A stretch of DNA of 63,932 nt from a virus (lineage: Duplodnaviria > Caudoviricetes): the IMG/VR virus record IMGVR_UViG_3300037070_001552, positions 1 to 63,932 of that record; one strand, written 5' to 3'. The notes beneath the pieces were generated by a model, which was not told the DNA's origin, ran no database searches, and worked only from the letters and a program-made list of their open reading frames with translations. This document shows, one piece after another, positions 61,361-63,932 of this stretch; position 1 is the first letter of the stretch, and the number at the start of each line of letters is the position of its first letter. The position numbers and the translations under genes were made by a program.

Positions 61361-63376
61361 ATGACGTGGCACAAGTACTTCGCGGTAGGCGGGCTCGAGG
61401 TCGGCAACGCTGCGCGCGCGATCGGCATCCAGGACACCGGCCCGTGTCCGGTTCGCTGGATCGTCGACCCTGACCAGTGTGAGACGCTCGCCGATGCCCT
61501 CGGCGATCTCGACTACACCTACTACACGATCGATTCGGCGCCCTGGTACGACCCCGACACCCCCGACCGCAGCTCAAGGATCCTCGGCTTGTATCCCATC
61601 GAGCTCGCCGGTCTCGAGGACGACACCCGCGAGGCGACCAACGAGGAGAAGATCACCGACGGCTCGCACCTCGGCCGCACACGCCGCGCGTCGCGCCGAG
61701 TGATTGTGCGCTCCATGCTGGTCGCAGAGGGGCGGGATGCGCTCGAGGCCGGCATGACATGGCTGCGCGGCGTGATGGATGCTCGCGCGTGTGGGCTGCA
61801 TGATGACAAGTGCGGGCTCACCGACTTCGAGTACTTCCTCGACTGCCCGCCTGAGCGCGCCACGGTCCCCACGTACAGCAGCTGGGCGGTGCAGCGTACC
61901 AACCTCGCACGCGCGCCGCGCGCGAGCTCGGGGTTCACCTACTCGGGTGGTGGCACCTCAAGCGCTGCCAATGTGACCACTGGCGGCCCTGACGGTGGCG
62001 CATTCAACCGCATCACCAAGACGACCGCCCTGGCGAACGTCGCCTCGGATGCGGACCTTCTGCTGTACGGCACCCCTGCATGGGGCGGTCAGGCAGGTAG
62101 CGCGGTGTCGCCCGTTGCGGCCAACACCACGTACACCATGTCCGTGTGGGTGCGCTTCTCGTTCGCCGCGACTGTGCGCTTGCAGGCTCAGTCGATCCTC
62201 GGCGCGGGTGGCGGGACGGCTCCGGTTTCGGGTCAGTACGGCTCTGACGTGACACTCGTGCCGAACGTCTGGACCCGGCTCTCAACGACATTCACGACCC
62301 CGGCATCGAACATGCCGGCCGTGCGCTTGGACGTTGACACGCGCGCCGCGACGACCGTTCCCCTGGGCGGGACGATGGACATGGGTGGTGTCCTGCTCGA
62401 GACCGGTTCATTCCTGCAGGACTGGTTCGAGGGCGCCACGATCGATCAGGAACTCGTGCAATACGACTGGACCGGCACCGTCGACAACTCCACCTCGACT
62501 CTCTCGACGCGCACCATCACGGCGACGACGCCTGTCTCGGACGCAACGCACGCGCTCGAGGTCGACCGCTATCGCCGGTTCCTGCACTCGGTGAAGTGCG
62601 TCGCAGGGCCGATCGTCACAGGCAAGCTGGAATCCCACGATGAACGGTTCTTTGCCAACATCATCGAATTCACGCTGATCTCCGAGCTCGCCGGGATCTT
62701 CGCGAAGCCGCGTCCGATCACCGTCGCGCCGACCACGCCGTCTGTGATCAACGACGTGCCCTTCAACTTCGCGTTGCAGCCTCGGCCGGTCAACGGGATT
62801 ACACCGCGGGTGGTCGCGATCAAGAACCTCGAGCCCAACCCCTCGCTCGAGACGGATGCCACAGGATACTCGGGTGCTCAGGCGACGGTCTCCGGTGGCT
62901 CTGCCGCCTCGTACTTCACGAACGGTCGTGTCACGGGGGAGCTCGCGGCGGTGGGCACAGCGTCGTATCGAGCTCGCATCCTCGGCAACGGATCCACGAG
63001 CGCCAGCGGCCGCGCGCGGATGAGCATCACCGTTCCCGATGTGACGCTGGACAGCGCAGACGAGCGCGTTTCCCTGAACGTGTGGGCAGCTGCAGTCTCG
63101 GTCGGCGGCGCTACCGGCGCCGCTTTGGTGAGCGTGACAGCCAAAGTCGAGTGGCGAAATGCCGGCCTTCTGTCGACCACGACCATCGGCACGAGCACGG
63201 CCGGCGCAGACATCGCCGGCAAGGCGTGGTCACTGGTGGGCCAGAAGCCCCCGGCCTCGGCCACGATCGCTCGCGTGATCGTCGAGTTCGTGGTCGACTG
63301 GTCCTCGAGCGCCACGCCGGCGAACAACAGCGACATCCGCGGCTATGTGGATGCCGTCGCAGTGACGGTTCCGTAG
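61361..63376 (+). CDS. Minor tail (distal tail-like) protein with inserted CBM-like modules
   Basis: Follows tape measure; APWYDPD.P; YTMSVWVR...WTRLSTTF. Confidence 0.75.
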   Translation: MTWHKYFAVGGLEVGNAARAIGIQDTGPCPVRWIVDPDQCETLADALGDLDYTYYTIDSAPWYDPDTPDRSSRILGLYPIELAGLEDDTREATNEEKITDGSHLGRTRRASRRVIVRSMLVAEGRDALEAGMTWLRGVMDARACGLHDDKCGLTDFEYFLDCPPERATVPTYSSWAVQRTNLARAPRASSGFTYSGGGTSSAANVTTGGPDGGAFNRITKTTALANVASDADLLLYGTPAWGGQAGSAVSPVAANTTYTMSVWVRFSFAATVRLQAQSILGAGGGTAPVSGQYGSDVTLVPNVWTRLSTTFTTPASNMPAVRLDVDTRAATTVPLGGTMDMGGVLLETGSFLQDWFEGATIDQELVQYDWTGTVDNSTSTLSTRTITATTPVSDATHALEVDRYRRFLHSVKCVAGPIVTGKLESHDERFFANIIEFTLISELAGIFAKPRPITVAPTTPSVINDVPFNFALQPRPVNGITPRVVAIKNLEPNPSLETDATGYSGAQATVSGGSAASYFTNGRVTGELAAVGTASYRARILGNGSTSASGRARMSITVPDVTLDSADERVSLNVWAAAVSVGGATGAALVSVTAKVEWRNAGLLSTTTIGTSTAGADIAGKAWSLVGQKPPASATIARVIVEFVVDWSSSATPANNSDIRGYVDAVAVTVP

Positions 63377-63386
63377 AGGGGGAGAC

Positions 63387-63932
63387 ATGGCTACAGGCAC
63401 AGGGCAGTTCCCCAACCGGCCGTTCCTCCTGCGGATCGAGGTCTGGTACAACTGGCAGTCGGGCACACGGGCGTCGCAGCACACCGAGGTGTGGATTGAT
63501 AAGCAGTCCTACTCGCCGTCGTACTCAGGCTGCTGCTCGTCATTCGAGGTGTGGGTCGACTCGGTGGGGCTCGTTCAGTCCTGGTCGGGCGGCTACGACT
63601 TCCGCAACGGCAACAACTTCCTGATCCACGCCAGCGACCGCGAGGTCAACGTCAACGGCAACGGCGACTCGGGCGCTCAGGTCTACGCGAACTACGACGT
63701 TCTCGGCTACACGCAGGCGAGCACCTGGCACGACGGCACACCGCCGTCGCCGCCGAACGCGCCCACCATGACGAGCACAAGTGCTGTCACCACCACATCA
63801 TTCAGCGCCAACTACTCGCGCGGCTCAGACAACGGCAACGGCATCGACTACGACCACGTGCAGTGGTCGACGAACAGCGGCTTCACGGCAGTGGTGTGGG
63901 ACGACACTCCACCGAACGGCAATCCGTCATCT
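63387..63932 (+). CDS. Minor tail protein, 5' part (continues at window start; about 715 aa total)
   Basis: GGGGAG RBS; MATGTGQFPNRPF; open to the end and in frame with 4..1734. Confidence 0.8.
   Translation, partial: MATGTGQFPNRPFLLRIEVWYNWQSGTRASQHTEVWIDKQSYSPSYSGCCSSFEVWVDSVGLVQSWSGGYDFRNGNNFLIHASDREVNVNGNGDSGAQVYANYDVLGYTQASTWHDGTPPSPPNAPTMTSTSAVTTTSFSANYSRGSDNGNGIDYDHVQWSTNSGFTAVVWDDTPPNGNPSS
63804..63929. repeat. 126-bp terminal direct repeat, right copy
   Basis: Identical to 4-129. Confidence 0.95.

Overview
This window is an apparently complete, circularly assembled lytic actinobacterial siphophage genome of about 63,800 bp. Bases 4-129 recur at 63804-63929, and a minor tail gene runs across the junction. 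A Microbacteriaceae host is inferred from the host-like SSB and DUF4192 proteins, and the head module resembles that of cluster-B-like actinophages. The rightward arm (about 36.0 kb to the end, then 1-7.3 kb) encodes terminase, portal, a MuF/protease fusion, separate hexamer and pentamer capsid proteins, the tail and the lysis genes. The leftward arm (7.4-33.4 kb) encodes a Cas4-like exonuclease, Rad52-like annealase, RuvC-like resolvase, SSB, C5 methyltransferase, primase-polymerase/helicase with an adjacent putative origin, DprA and many small ORFs. The standout locus is 7437-9815: a Ro60/Rsr (TROVE+vWA) gene preceded by a promoter and six tandem Y-RNA-like units. All six share a Ro-binding-type stem, have covarying closing stems and carry different internal domains. 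Two are circularly permuted tRNA mimics, one has only a T-arm, two are non-tRNA, and one minimal unit abuts the Ro60 ribosome-binding site. I recognised no integrase, CRISPR array, canonical tRNA or RtcB. All calls were made by eye, without database searches.
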